Virus genome (UHGV): UHGV-1364441
Length of the DNA stretch: 64,000 nucleotides
Direction: 5' to 3' (one strand)
DNA from: a virus
In this document: piece by piece, positions 49,138 to 58,404 of the stretch
Layout of the letters: each line of letters begins with the position of its first letter
Numbering within the stretch: position 1 is the stretch's first letter
Program-made: the position numbers and the translations under genes
The notes under the pieces: generated by a model
What the model was told of the DNA's origin: nothing
Seen by the model: the letters and a program-made list of their open reading frames with translations, nothing else
Databases searched by the model: none

Positions 49138-50232
49138 TCATTCAATGATTTTTTCGGCTGTCAGCCAGCTAATTTCATGCCTGTCTTTCGGCGGTTTTAG
49201 CATGTGAGCATATTCAGCGACATGCTCCCACGGAATTGTTTTTGCCCACTCAACGATAGCATTGTGATCTGCAGTGAAGAGTGGAATAGTGTGCGATTTC
49301 AACCATTCTAATGTCGTGACGCCATGTTTTTTGGCGTGGTGCTGCGCATGATGCCGGGCTATCACTCGTAATGGCATTGTCCATTCACTACCATCAGGCA
49401 TCGAAAAGCGCATTGTCTTCGGCATATCTGATTCAAGAACAGCCTCCCTAATACCAGGGAACTCACCAAGAATCATACGACGATAGTCATCACTATTTCG
49501 CCCGCCATACCTTTCGGCAAAATGATCAAGATATTCTTGGGTAATAAATGGTGAATCCTCCGCACTCAGCTTAATGGCTTTATATACACCACTCGTATTA
49601 TCTTCAGCTAAAGCACGTCCATGATGTGAATCATAAAAAAAGCCTATTTCCTCTGGTGACGGAATTGAAGTGAGCAATATGCGTGAATCACCACTAGTCA
49701 TGCTTGCCCACACAATGCTGTATGCCCGATCGCTGATATGTGCGGAATCCACAATAATGAATAAAAGATGGTCGGCGTAGTGACCTGCAATGCTATCTTC
49801 ATAGTTAAGGCGGTAGTTACAAAAGCACATTCCCCAAAATTCATTGAACATCAGACCGCTATCACCGACCTTAAAATACTCAATGATAAAAGGTTGTTTT
49901 TTCAGCAATGCCTCCCAACATTGCCACACATATGCAACAATTCCTCTTTTGCAAGCATTTGATTTTGGATAAACAATTACTGTCCGGGAATCAGGATACA
50001 TAATCGTATAAAGGGTACTAATAACAGCAAGCACTTGCGGTCGTCCGATCCCATACGGAGTGGTGACAGTAGCTTTTGCATTATTGGGCTGTATAGCTTC
50101 AACAATTTGTTGTTGCTGGTGGCTTAAATCAATATCAAACAATTCTTTTGCTGCCAGTACCCAATTGTCTTTATATTTCTCCACCAGCGACAGCCAGCGC
50201 GGATCTTTATAAATATTGCTCTTAGTCGCCAT
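49138..50232 (-). CDS. terminase large-subunit paralog with degenerate ATPase motifs
   Basis: Collinear with the PacB-like TerL at 55532..57040 (DPRW..., SHQQQ.I...Q, AGHYADHLLFIIVDSA, GFFYDSHH, ED.PF.T..., YGGR) but Walker A GHGTGKS replaced by TPYGIGRP and Walker B ILDEAS by IIVDSA; shorter C-terminus. Confidence 0.6.
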   Translation of the reverse strand: MATKSNIYKDPRWLSLVEKYKDNWVLAAKELFDIDLSHQQQQIVEAIQPNNAKATVTTPYGIGRPQVLAVISTLYTIMYPDSRTVIVYPKSNACKRGIVAYVWQCWEALLKKQPFIIEYFKVGDSGLMFNEFWGMCFCNYRLNYEDSIAGHYADHLLFIIVDSAHISDRAYSIVWASMTSGDSRILLTSIPSPEEIGFFYDSHHGRALAEDNTSGVYKAIKLSAEDSPFITQEYLDHFAERYGGRNSDDYRRMILGEFPGIREAVLESDMPKTMRFSMPDGSEWTMPLRVIARHHAQHHAKKHGVTTLEWLKSHTIPLFTADHNAIVEWAKTIPWEHVAEYAHMLKPPKDRHEISWLTAEKIIE

Positions 50233-50989
50233 CTGCCACTTCCTTAACTTCTTCTTTGGCCTGTTCTGCAATCGCCGCACGGCATTTCGCCCTGGCTGTA
50301 GCGATTGCTTCAGCTCGCACATCGTCTGGAATCGTTGACGTGATATACATATCCAGTTCTTCGGCACGGAATACTGTTTGGTCCAGATATTCGCGTAGCA
50401 TCCAGGTAAATTCGAAATCACACGCGATAATCTCTGCGCTACCTTCTGCACCATTTGGGAAATGAATAAATGCCTGTTTAGCCAAACCGATAACACGACA
50501 TGCGGTTGCCAAAACAGCGACAACCAGGTTTACATTTTCACACGCTACGGGCTGATTAACGCCGGAGATTACTCCATTTAACTGTCGGTTATATGGAAGG
50601 TAGTTTGAGATGCGTTCTACGCGCCATGTGCCAGTCAGGCTGCCATTTTTAAATATAATTGGTGTAACGGATAGCCCAAGCTCGCGTATAAGTCGTTGCG
50701 CTATAGCAGGATCATTAAACAGGTCTAATGCTACACATTCGAAAGACTGCGCAAGGGCAAACAGTTCTTCCAGAGAGTAGTCTTTGCCCCTGGCGGTGAT
50801 GTAACGACGAACGCCGCTGTCTGCATCACTCCATATAGCTACGCCATGCTCTTCATTCAGCTCTTCATTAAAGCCGAGATACGTCATGATAGTGCGTTCA
50901 ATCGTGTCAAACGGCAGTGACATGTCGGCGTTAACAGCCACCAGCAGGCCATTACGCAAGCGGTATTGAATTGTTTTAGTGCTTTCCAT
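50222..50989 (-). CDS. hypothetical protein
   Basis: 255-aa ORF overlapping start of TerL paralog. Confidence 0.45.
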   Translation of the reverse strand: MESTKTIQYRLRNGLLVAVNADMSLPFDTIERTIMTYLGFNEELNEEHGVAIWSDADSGVRRYITARGKDYSLEELFALAQSFECVALDLFNDPAIAQRLIRELGLSVTPIIFKNGSLTGTWRVERISNYLPYNRQLNGVISGVNQPVACENVNLVVAVLATACRVIGLAKQAFIHFPNGAEGSAEIIACDFEFTWMLREYLDQTVFRAEELDMYITSTIPDDVRAEAIATARAKCRAAIAEQAKEEVKEVADGD

Positions 50990-50995
50990 GTCAAA

Positions 50996-51658
50996 TCACT
51001 CCACAACAAACCAGTCACAGGCCAGCAGGTCGCCAACTGAAGGCACCCACGGAACAACTACACCTTGTGCATTTTTTAAGGCGAAATAAGCACCATACGG
51101 AACGAGGTCGCCGGGGAAATATCCCTTAATGGCTTCCATTCGTGCCGGGTACTGTCCTTCGGGAACCAGCCAGCAGAATTGGTTTTCGCCGTTCCACCCG
51201 CGTCGAGCAACTTTCTTGCCATCCTTCAACCACATCAGCGCGTCAGAAAAGTCGGCTGCTTCAAGGTCGATTTCTTCTTGTAGAGTAGCGATACCGCCAG
51301 CAGAAATAGTTACGTCCCTGGCTGTAATGAATGTCACCCCATTGTGACCTTCAATGCTGAGCGATACCCCATTTTCGGAGGCGTCGTTAACCCGGCTATA
51401 GCATTTTTCAAATGCTTTCTCTGGCACATAGACCAGATAACCATTTTCAGCAGTGACGAGATATCCTCCTATTTGCGGTCGGAACTTTTCCAAGAACACA
51501 CCATCAACACGAAGCGTCATTCCTTTTGGCTCCACGACTTCGATGCTGCCAAAAATGGGCGCATAAGCTTTGCCGACAATAACAATATCTTTGATTTTCG
51601 ATGCCCGAATGATGCTGTGGCATTTGTATTTGGGGAACACCTGAAAAGTGCTGGCCAT
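50996..51658 (-). CDS. two-domain protein with possible DUF2829-like C-terminal domain
   Basis: C-terminal FSDALMWLKDGKKVARRGWNGENQF...GDLLACDWFVV resembles DUF2829 consensus as I recall it; family call tentative. Confidence 0.4.
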   Translation of the reverse strand: MASTFQVFPKYKCHSIIRASKIKDIVIVGKAYAPIFGSIEVVEPKGMTLRVDGVFLEKFRPQIGGYLVTAENGYLVYVPEKAFEKCYSRVNDASENGVSLSIEGHNGVTFITARDVTISAGGIATLQEEIDLEAADFSDALMWLKDGKKVARRGWNGENQFCWLVPEGQYPARMEAIKGYFPGDLVPYGAYFALKNAQGVVVPWVPSVGDLLACDWFVVE

Positions 51659-51672
51659 AATCCTTCCTCTAC

Positions 51673-52167
51673 TTAAAACTTTGCGTACTGAAGCGGTGTA
51701 CGCTTGATTTCAACGCGGCCTTCCGATGTGCTACCAAAGCCACCAGCACCACGCTCCGTTTCGTTGAGTTCCTCAACCTCGACTAGTGAGACTTGTTCAA
51801 CACGCTCAAAAATTCCTTGCATGACAGCCATTCCAGGCTTGAGACAAACGCCTTCCCCGCCTGGATCAGTAATCAGTTTTGCCATGATTTCGCCGCGATA
51901 ATCGGAGTCGATAATTCCTACGCAGTTAGCCAGGCGAGTATGTTTTTTGCAGCCCAATCCTGATCGCGGATAGAGTTTCAGACACCAGCCGGGCGGGATC
52001 TCCATAGCCAGTCCGGTATACACCCACCAGCTTGAGGAAATTGCACCATTGCTATCGACGCATGGTTTTATTTCAACAGCCTCAAAATCCATCGCCGCCG
52101 ATCCGGAGGTGGCATAAGCTGGAAGTTTTGCTGCCGGATGTAGGCGTTTCACTTTTACGTAAATCAT
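51673..52167 (-). CDS. dut: dUTP diphosphatase (trimeric dUTPase)
   Basis: AYATSGSAAMD, PRSGLG, GIIDSDYRGE, RGAGGFGSTS motifs. Confidence 0.85.
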   Translation of the reverse strand: MIYVKVKRLHPAAKLPAYATSGSAAMDFEAVEIKPCVDSNGAISSSWWVYTGLAMEIPPGWCLKLYPRSGLGCKKHTRLANCVGIIDSDYRGEIMAKLITDPGGEGVCLKPGMAVMQGIFERVEQVSLVEVEELNETERGAGGFGSTSEGRVEIKRTPLQYAKF

Positions 52168-52640
52168 TGTTTTTTAGCTCTCTGCGTGAAGGTGTAAACC
52201 CGACGTTTGATATGTGGAACGGTAGGAACAGGAAGACAGGAACTTTCAATAACTCCTTGCTCCTCCAGCGATCGCACCGCCCGCAAGAACTGCGACGTGT
52301 CGCCGCCAAACTGGCGGGCATAGGTGCTGCCGTTATGAAGTATTTGAGCTATTACCCGAGCTTTTGTCTGGCTGTCACGATATGCGAATAGCCGCACGGC
52401 CTCTTCTGGCGCAATCGCTAACTGATAGCCTTTCCCGGCACGGTGTCGAATGAATCCATGCGCCAGTAGGTTTTTGAGTTCGTTACGAGTGCGAACAGAT
52501 CCGTAATCCAGGAAGTGTGGATTGATAACGACTGGCTTAAACCATTCCGTAGGTGCTTTAGCTAATAGAGCTAACAGCTTCCCGGACAATTCTGGATAGG
52601 AAGACGGGTAACAATTCAGAGATGGGTAATAAGTTTTCAC
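52164..52640 (-). CDS. hypothetical protein
   Basis: 158-aa coupled ORF. Confidence 0.4.
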   Translation of the reverse strand: MKTYYPSLNCYPSSYPELSGKLLALLAKAPTEWFKPVVINPHFLDYGSVRTRNELKNLLAHGFIRHRAGKGYQLAIAPEEAVRLFAYRDSQTKARVIAQILHNGSTYARQFGGDTSQFLRAVRSLEEQGVIESSCLPVPTVPHIKRRVYTFTQRAKKQ

Positions 52641-52981
52641 CGACGCCCCCTTGCCGGATATCGACCTGCATTAGTATCCGGTGCAATAAAGCCGGTAGTG
52701 GGGCGAGTGAAAGCGAGATTAATCTTCTCGACCATAGTGCGATAATTTTCCTGATAGTGGGCCAGGAGTTTTTCGGCGGCAATGATGGTTACTTTCCGGA
52801 CGTAGCTTTCTGCTTCCTCCAGATTTCGCCAGTTTTTTTCGAGGGTAAACACAGGGACGGCCTCAAGCCCGGTCATGATGCCGAACACAACGACAGCATG
52901 ACTGTTCTTAACACCAGCGGCGAAGGTTACGGTGTAACCATCCACCTTGAAGCGTCTTGATTCCGTGATTTGACTCTGCAA
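52637..52981 (-). CDS. hypothetical protein
   Basis: 114-aa ORF, first gene of operator-controlled operon. Confidence 0.4.
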   Translation of the reverse strand: MQSQITESRRFKVDGYTVTFAAGVKNSHAVVVFGIMTGLEAVPVFTLEKNWRNLEEAESYVRKVTIIAAEKLLAHYQENYRTMVEKINLAFTRPTTGFIAPDTNAGRYPARGRR

Positions 52982-53037
52982 AGCACCCTCCTAAATAGGC
53001 GAGGGTACTTTACAGCAAAGGCGTTAATCTAAAAAGA

Positions 53038-53051
53038 TGTGTTAGAAATTT
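53038..53051. promoter_or_regulatory. operator-like motif upstream of 52981 operon
   Basis: tgtgttagaaattt. Confidence 0.5.
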
Positions 53052-53054
53052 AAT

Positions 53055-54083
53055 TTACGAATCCATCAGGCGGCTATTAGCCCCCACAGACACGCCACCA
53101 CGGCGAAGATACCGCATAAGTGTTTCCGGTTTCTTCCAGGTTCCTTCCTGCATGATCTCCACCATAGACACCTGCTTTTCAGCCATATCAATAGCGGCCC
53201 CGACGCGTGCACTATGCCCGGTCCACGTCCGGTATCTTCCTTTGTTTGGCGTAGCATCTCTTTTATTCAGCAACACCCAGGCGTCGCTGAATATTTTCTC
53301 CATTGCAGGTGCAGTAAGGGGCGTTGTCGTGATCCTGGCCTTATTGCTACGGTGTATCGGCGGGAACAGCACTGCGTCAGGATGTTCGCGAAGCCCGGAA
53401 ACATCCAGCCAGTCATTCAGCACAGCGGTAGTGCGACGGGAAAGCACCTTATCAAGCCCGGCGGCGGTCGTTATTGTCTTCGTGTGTGAAATATGTAGCG
53501 TGACAGTGTCACCTGTTTGGTCCAGATCTCCTACACGAATACGCGAGATTTCCGACATACGCATCAGCGTATTGTATGCAACAAAGAGAAAAGCCCGGTT
53601 GCGCAGATCCACCAGCCGTTCTGACCTGGACAACAGGACGTCGAGCAGTTTCAGATCGTCCCACCGCAGCGGTATAGCCTGGCCTGTTCGTTCGCCTTTT
53701 TCAGTTGCCGCTTCGCGCCGGATGCGCCGCATAGCCAGAGAAACACTTTTATCATCCGAAAGTGGCGGAAGGCCACAATGCGAAAGCAGCATGTTCAGCA
53801 TGGCGTAGTGCTTATCAATGGTGGTCGAAGCCAGATCGGCATCATGCAGCTGAAGAAAATACTCGCGGGCCATTTCTGGTGAGATCGGAAACCAGGCAAG
53901 CTGGCGAGCGTGACACCAGCGCGCCCAGGAATGAAACACCAAACGGAGGTCGCGCAGAGTATTCGGCGCATAAGCTCCCTGGTCATTCATGAACCGCATA
54001 AAGTTTTCTGCGGCTTCCTGGTACTCTTTGCCAATGTTGCGCAGAAAACCACCGGAACTGCCAGAGATAATTAATTCACTCAT
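53055..54083 (-). CDS. cre: Cre-like tyrosine recombinase
   Basis: Collinear with P1 Cre as recalled: WFP..PE..R.Y.L.L, SVSLAMRRIRRE, RMSEISRIRVGDL, HISHTKT, WTGHSARVGAAIDMA, EIMQEGTW; catalytic R-H-R-Y context retained. Confidence 0.85.
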   Translation of the reverse strand: MSELIISGSSGGFLRNIGKEYQEAAENFMRFMNDQGAYAPNTLRDLRLVFHSWARWCHARQLAWFPISPEMAREYFLQLHDADLASTTIDKHYAMLNMLLSHCGLPPLSDDKSVSLAMRRIRREAATEKGERTGQAIPLRWDDLKLLDVLLSRSERLVDLRNRAFLFVAYNTLMRMSEISRIRVGDLDQTGDTVTLHISHTKTITTAAGLDKVLSRRTTAVLNDWLDVSGLREHPDAVLFPPIHRSNKARITTTPLTAPAMEKIFSDAWVLLNKRDATPNKGRYRTWTGHSARVGAAIDMAEKQVSMVEIMQEGTWKKPETLMRYLRRGGVSVGANSRLMDS

Positions 54084-54439
54084 GAAACTATTTAACCTCT
54101 ATATACAGATGACGCTACGCGAAAAATATAAAAATGACAGGGTAGCTATAAGTTAATTTTCAAGATTCAAGCCTTTGATTCGAGGCACGTATTTTCAGTG
54201 ATGTCAATACTGATCATCTACCCATGATTATAGCCTAACTTTAAATAATGCCAATTATCTAAAGTTAGAAATTTAGGAATTTTTTTTCTTTCCGCGCAGA
54301 TGGGCAATGCATTGCTGGTGTGGGCTTTAAGTTATGCCTGGCAGTTTTTAAGCAGAATTTTCTAAATTGGATGATAAAAAAATGCATCTTGATCCTTTAC
54401 TCACCCTGTTATTCGGCATAGATTTGTCATAGTAATTTT

Positions 54440-54452
54440 ATGTTAGAAAACT
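54440..54452. promoter_or_regulatory. operator-like motif 17 bp upstream of 54469 start
   Basis: atgttagaaaact; a second partial copy at ~54262. Confidence 0.5.
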
Positions 54453-54468
54453 AAATCGAGTAGGAATA

Positions 54469-55506
54469 ATGAGTAAGAAGTCGATCGAGAAAGAGTACAA
54501 ACGGTTCCTGCAAACCGCTGAACGGTGGAAAGAGCTGGTGGTCGCAAACTCTGTTTTCCATGATACCAGTTATTCCGGCGAGGAATTCCGCCATGTTGCA
54601 CTAACACATGATCAGAATGTGCTAGAAGAAGCTGAAAAGTGCCTCACAGAATGGAAAGCCTTTGTTGACTTGTGCCGTAACGCTGACGGCAAAGCGTCTA
54701 ACATTGTTGAGTCTGTATATTCTCCGATCCCATTCATTATCGAGGACACAAATCAAAGCACGCATATTGTTGTGCAAAGCGCGACCACCACCCGCTCATT
54801 TACGCGCGAAAATCTGCTCAAAAAATATGATGCAATTATAAAGAAAAGCCTGAAAAACAAGATATTTTCGCAGATTGTTGGTGCACTTGAAGAAGAGCGC
54901 CGTTTTTTCGCATCAGAACCTGAAGGGGAAGTTTACCGGGCGCGCAAAGATGGATACACAGATGTAGTGCTTACAACAAACATTGAAGGCAGCAATGCTC
55001 TGTCACGATTCAGGGTAGGCGCACACGGAGCCTTAGTGTTCGCAAAACTTCCGAACACCACAGTGCCCGTTGTTAATAATGTCGGCGAACGTCGCAGCAT
55101 TACTATTTATTCTGGGGTTGAGTCGATACCTTGCGGCCTGCTTGGTGACTTTAGTCTCTATCGCGTTCGCGATCTGGAGAAACACCAACCAAGCTATGTT
55201 GCGAAGTCATACATCTTGCGAAACATCGACATCCGCAATGAGAGCTTAAAGAACAAATCAGCCAAAATGCTTGAGGAAGCCGATCCGGCTATTCGCCATA
55301 TCATTGAGCGTAAAATACAGACAGCACGCGAAGCGATGGCGCGACTGAATAAAATGGATCTGGAGTTGTTAGACGTAATGATGACATCCGGAGATGACCT
55401 GACAGGCATAAAACTGACAGACGCGCGGAAAAGATACGGTAAAACCATAGAAGAACGTTACGGGTTCACTTTCTCCCAAACACAGCACGCCGCTAAACTC
55501 TGGTAA
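54469..55506 (+). CDS. hypothetical protein (candidate regulator in the pacB-cre interval)
   Basis: 345-aa ORF with operator motifs in its own promoter; no family recognised. Confidence 0.45.
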   Translation: MSKKSIEKEYKRFLQTAERWKELVVANSVFHDTSYSGEEFRHVALTHDQNVLEEAEKCLTEWKAFVDLCRNADGKASNIVESVYSPIPFIIEDTNQSTHIVVQSATTTRSFTRENLLKKYDAIIKKSLKNKIFSQIVGALEEERRFFASEPEGEVYRARKDGYTDVVLTTNIEGSNALSRFRVGAHGALVFAKLPNTTVPVVNNVGERRSITIYSGVESIPCGLLGDFSLYRVRDLEKHQPSYVAKSYILRNIDIRNESLKNKSAKMLEEADPAIRHIIERKIQTAREAMARLNKMDLELLDVMMTSGDDLTGIKLTDARKRYGKTIEERYGFTFSQTQHAAKLW

Positions 55507-55531
55507 TCATAAGCCCCGCATTGCCGGGGCT

Positions 55532-57040
55532 TTATATATCCAGATCTGGCATTTCCACATCTGCAAGAACCTGATCGCGGAAGGTAGCCATTTCAGCGCC
55601 GATATCTTCATTAGCAGGAACATAGTCCACCAGCATTGTAAAGCAGTAGGTATCCCATCGGTCAGGTGATTTGATGTTCAGCTTTTGCCGCATGTGCTCC
55701 TTGCGCATCATCGCCATCTTCCCTTCTTCATTAAGTAAAAAGGGGATTTTTGACGCTTGCTCTGCCGTTTTAGGGTCACTGTCTATTCGCATACGACCTG
55801 ACTTTATGGCATCACGAGCCATAATATTTGCGTAGGCACGCTGGTTAACAAAACGCTCCTTGTCTTTGTTCGAAAACATGGGTTTCCCCCACCGAATCCG
55901 TACCGGATTAGCCCCACGGCGCACCAGCTGCGCACAGGTATCTGAACCAAAACCGTCTGCGTCAACCGCGATTGTAATATTCGGGTATTTATCCGGCGTG
56001 CATTCGTTGTATATAAAGTCAGCAAAAGCCAGCGGGTCCATAGTCCCTGGCATTTCCATTACCTTAAAGTTAACAACACGCCGCTTTTCCCGGTGACCAG
56101 ACACTTTACAGATATTAAGAACTGACTTGTCTCGCCCGTTACCAACGTCAGCAGTAGCCACCCATCCCCAGTTTTTCTCCAACAACACCTTGCGCCGCGC
56201 AGCGCGATCGCATTCATCACGACCAAGCAAATAGCCGTTAATCTCCCGAGGAAACTGACCAAGAACCTTGACCATGTACTCAATAGAATCGCGCCCGCCA
56301 TATTCCAGGAGTTTCTGCCTGATGAATTGTGGTGTGACGAACGGTGATTCTTCTGAGTTAAGAACAATTGCTGTCCAGATCCCTTTCGGGTTGTCTGGGG
56401 TTTTAGCTTGAGAATGGTGCGAATCGTAGAAATAACCACTTGGCCTTGTTGGCTGGGATAGCATCAACATTCGGTTATCTTCTTCAGTCAGAGCGCCAGT
56501 CATTACGCCGATCGCTTTATCAGATATACCTGATGCTTCATCCAGAATTAGAAGCAAATGTGCCGCGTGCTCCCCCGCCAGAGCTTCTTCGTTACCGAGT
56601 CGATAGCCTTTGCAGAGAACTTCCCAGATCCCCTTTCGAGAGCGTTCATAAAACATGGTGTCAGACAGGACAAAATAGGTCTGTAACCACCCATGACGCT
56701 TAACGGCATTCGCCCAATACTGTTTAACGTATTTAAATACACCTGTCTTAACCTGACCTATTTTGTTAGCAACAATGATGACACGGGCATCGGGGAACAG
56801 AATCAAATAAATCAGCAACAACATAGCCGTTAGCGACGATTTCCCTGTACCGTGACCAGAGGTAACAGTGGTTCTGCTCCCTTTTTGCTGTACGGACTGG
56901 ATAATCTCCTGCTGCTGGTGGGAGGGAAACATCCCGAATATATCAACAACAGCCTGGGTAAAGTTGTAGCGGTATTTGATTACCATATCGCGCCAGCGTG
57001 GATCGCTGGTGACGCATTTAATCTTGCGCCCACCAGCCAT
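55532..57040 (-). CDS. pacB: terminase large subunit (PacB-like)
   Basis: Walker A GHGTGKSS, Walker B LLILDEAS, ~500 aa, directly downstream of small-subunit-like gene. Confidence 0.8.
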   Translation of the reverse strand: MAGGRKIKCVTSDPRWRDMVIKYRYNFTQAVVDIFGMFPSHQQQEIIQSVQQKGSRTTVTSGHGTGKSSLTAMLLLIYLILFPDARVIIVANKIGQVKTGVFKYVKQYWANAVKRHGWLQTYFVLSDTMFYERSRKGIWEVLCKGYRLGNEEALAGEHAAHLLLILDEASGISDKAIGVMTGALTEEDNRMLMLSQPTRPSGYFYDSHHSQAKTPDNPKGIWTAIVLNSEESPFVTPQFIRQKLLEYGGRDSIEYMVKVLGQFPREINGYLLGRDECDRAARRKVLLEKNWGWVATADVGNGRDKSVLNICKVSGHREKRRVVNFKVMEMPGTMDPLAFADFIYNECTPDKYPNITIAVDADGFGSDTCAQLVRRGANPVRIRWGKPMFSNKDKERFVNQRAYANIMARDAIKSGRMRIDSDPKTAEQASKIPFLLNEEGKMAMMRKEHMRQKLNIKSPDRWDTYCFTMLVDYVPANEDIGAEMATFRDQVLADVEMPDLDI

Positions 57041-58404
57041 TAGTCATCCTCCGGCGGTTCTATCGCAATATCATCATCTCCGGCGTCATACCCTGCATCT
57101 GATGCATCATAATCACCGTAAATTTCAGCCGTTGCCGAAGGGTCAATGTCCAACTCTTCATCGTTGGCCTCGAATTCCCCAGCCTTACGCTCGCCATTGT
57201 GGTCGTAATCTCCGCACCCCAGATCTTCAACAATGGTTGCCACATCCGCCCGGCGCTCTGCCAGCCATTGCGGATGGTTAGCCTGAAGCGATGCAAACTC
57301 CTTCGCTTCTTTGTCCAGCTGTTCATCATCAACATCATTGATGTCAGAAACTGGAGGTTCGAGAAGAGTGATAGCTTTCGCCGCGCGCGCCGCGAGGATA
57401 GCCGGGACACTGACACCCTGACGCTCGATGTATTCAGCAACACCGATATCGTCCAGCTCCTCGCGCTCACGCATACGTATAGCGGCGGCGATAACTCTGG
57501 CTGCGCGTGCGTCAGCGCCAATGCGATATTCAATCTCTTTGCCACGCTGTTCGGCCTGTAGGCGTGCTAATTCGAGTTTTTCTCTGGCCTCGGCCTCTCT
57601 GAATGCTTGCTGGCGAGCACCCTGACGAAGTTTTTCATCACCCTGTCGCAGCTTTTGTTCGGACTGATATATCGCTGCCAACCTACTGATAAAATCGTTC
57701 ATGTAGTAGGCCGCGTCACTGATTAGACCGAGAAGTCGCTGCCCAGGGTGCATTCCTTCTGGCTGTTCATCACCCAGGGCGTCTATCTCCGCCTGTAGGC
57801 GTTCGGCCTCCTGATCAACAATGCTTTGGTACTGAAGTGCGCGTTCTTGCGCCATTTGAATTGCTAACCGCAGGTGCTCTTCTGCGCCGTTCTTCATCAT
57901 GTCGCGAGCCACACTCGTAGTGGGCAACGTGGCACGCTGCACAGCACCGCCAGGGATCATTGCTGAAGATCCCTCGATTTTTGAGGCGCATTTATCTTCG
58001 GTGGGGATCATTTTCGCCATTTTTTCGCGCAATGATCTCCTGACAGATTCTTTTATCTCATTGTTATTATTTGCATTATTTTCATGATCCGAAGTTTTCT
58101 TTCTCGGCATACTTCGGAAAGAACCTGTGCCCTGTGAATTGTCAATTTCTGTAAATTTTGTTGTTTCTGTACCCTCTTCTGGTCTTTTTTTTGCTCTTCC
58201 TGCCCGTTTTTTTTGAGGTGATTTGGTGCTTTTTTTTGTAGTCTTCACCTGCGACCGCACCTCATTTTTTTTCATATTGAGATGCTTTCTGGCGGTATTG
58301 AAGCTAAGGTCGTGTTGCTCGCAGTATTCCTTTACGGTGATCCCTTTTTCTTCACGCAACGCTATAAATTTGGCGCGGTGCTCTTCCCAATTAACCAGAC
58401 TCAT
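57040..58404 (-). CDS. pacA: terminase small subunit / pac-recognition protein (PacA-like)
   Basis: N-terminal HTH-like segment, Lys-rich linker, acidic C-terminus; contains a GATC-rich pac-like cluster within its coding sequence as in P1 pacA. Confidence 0.55.
   Translation of the reverse strand: MSLVNWEEHRAKFIALREEKGITVKEYCEQHDLSFNTARKHLNMKKNEVRSQVKTTKKSTKSPQKKRAGRAKKRPEEGTETTKFTEIDNSQGTGSFRSMPRKKTSDHENNANNNNEIKESVRRSLREKMAKMIPTEDKCASKIEGSSAMIPGGAVQRATLPTTSVARDMMKNGAEEHLRLAIQMAQERALQYQSIVDQEAERLQAEIDALGDEQPEGMHPGQRLLGLISDAAYYMNDFISRLAAIYQSEQKLRQGDEKLRQGARQQAFREAEAREKLELARLQAEQRGKEIEYRIGADARAARVIAAAIRMREREELDDIGVAEYIERQGVSVPAILAARAAKAITLLEPPVSDINDVDDEQLDKEAKEFASLQANHPQWLAERRADVATIVEDLGCGDYDHNGERKAGEFEANDEELDIDPSATAEIYGDYDASDAGYDAGDDDIAIEPPEDD
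57955..58089. other. pac-like cluster of five GATC sites in TGATC(A/G)-type contexts
   Basis: GATC at 57955, 57968, 58006, 58034, 58086 within 135 bp, two on one side and three on the other of a ~35-bp core. Confidence 0.5.

Noticed and set aside
53055-54083. Cre-like recombinase as a chromosomal integrase with attP
   Set aside because: The element carries plasmid replication and partition functions, and Cre-family enzymes in P1-like elements resolve plasmid dimers; no tRNA-adjacent att core identified next to it
54236-54270. Inverted repeat ctaacttta / taaagttag as a loxP-type site
   Set aside because: Arms 9 bp with a 16-bp spacer rather than 13-8-13, and it overlaps the operator-like motif family
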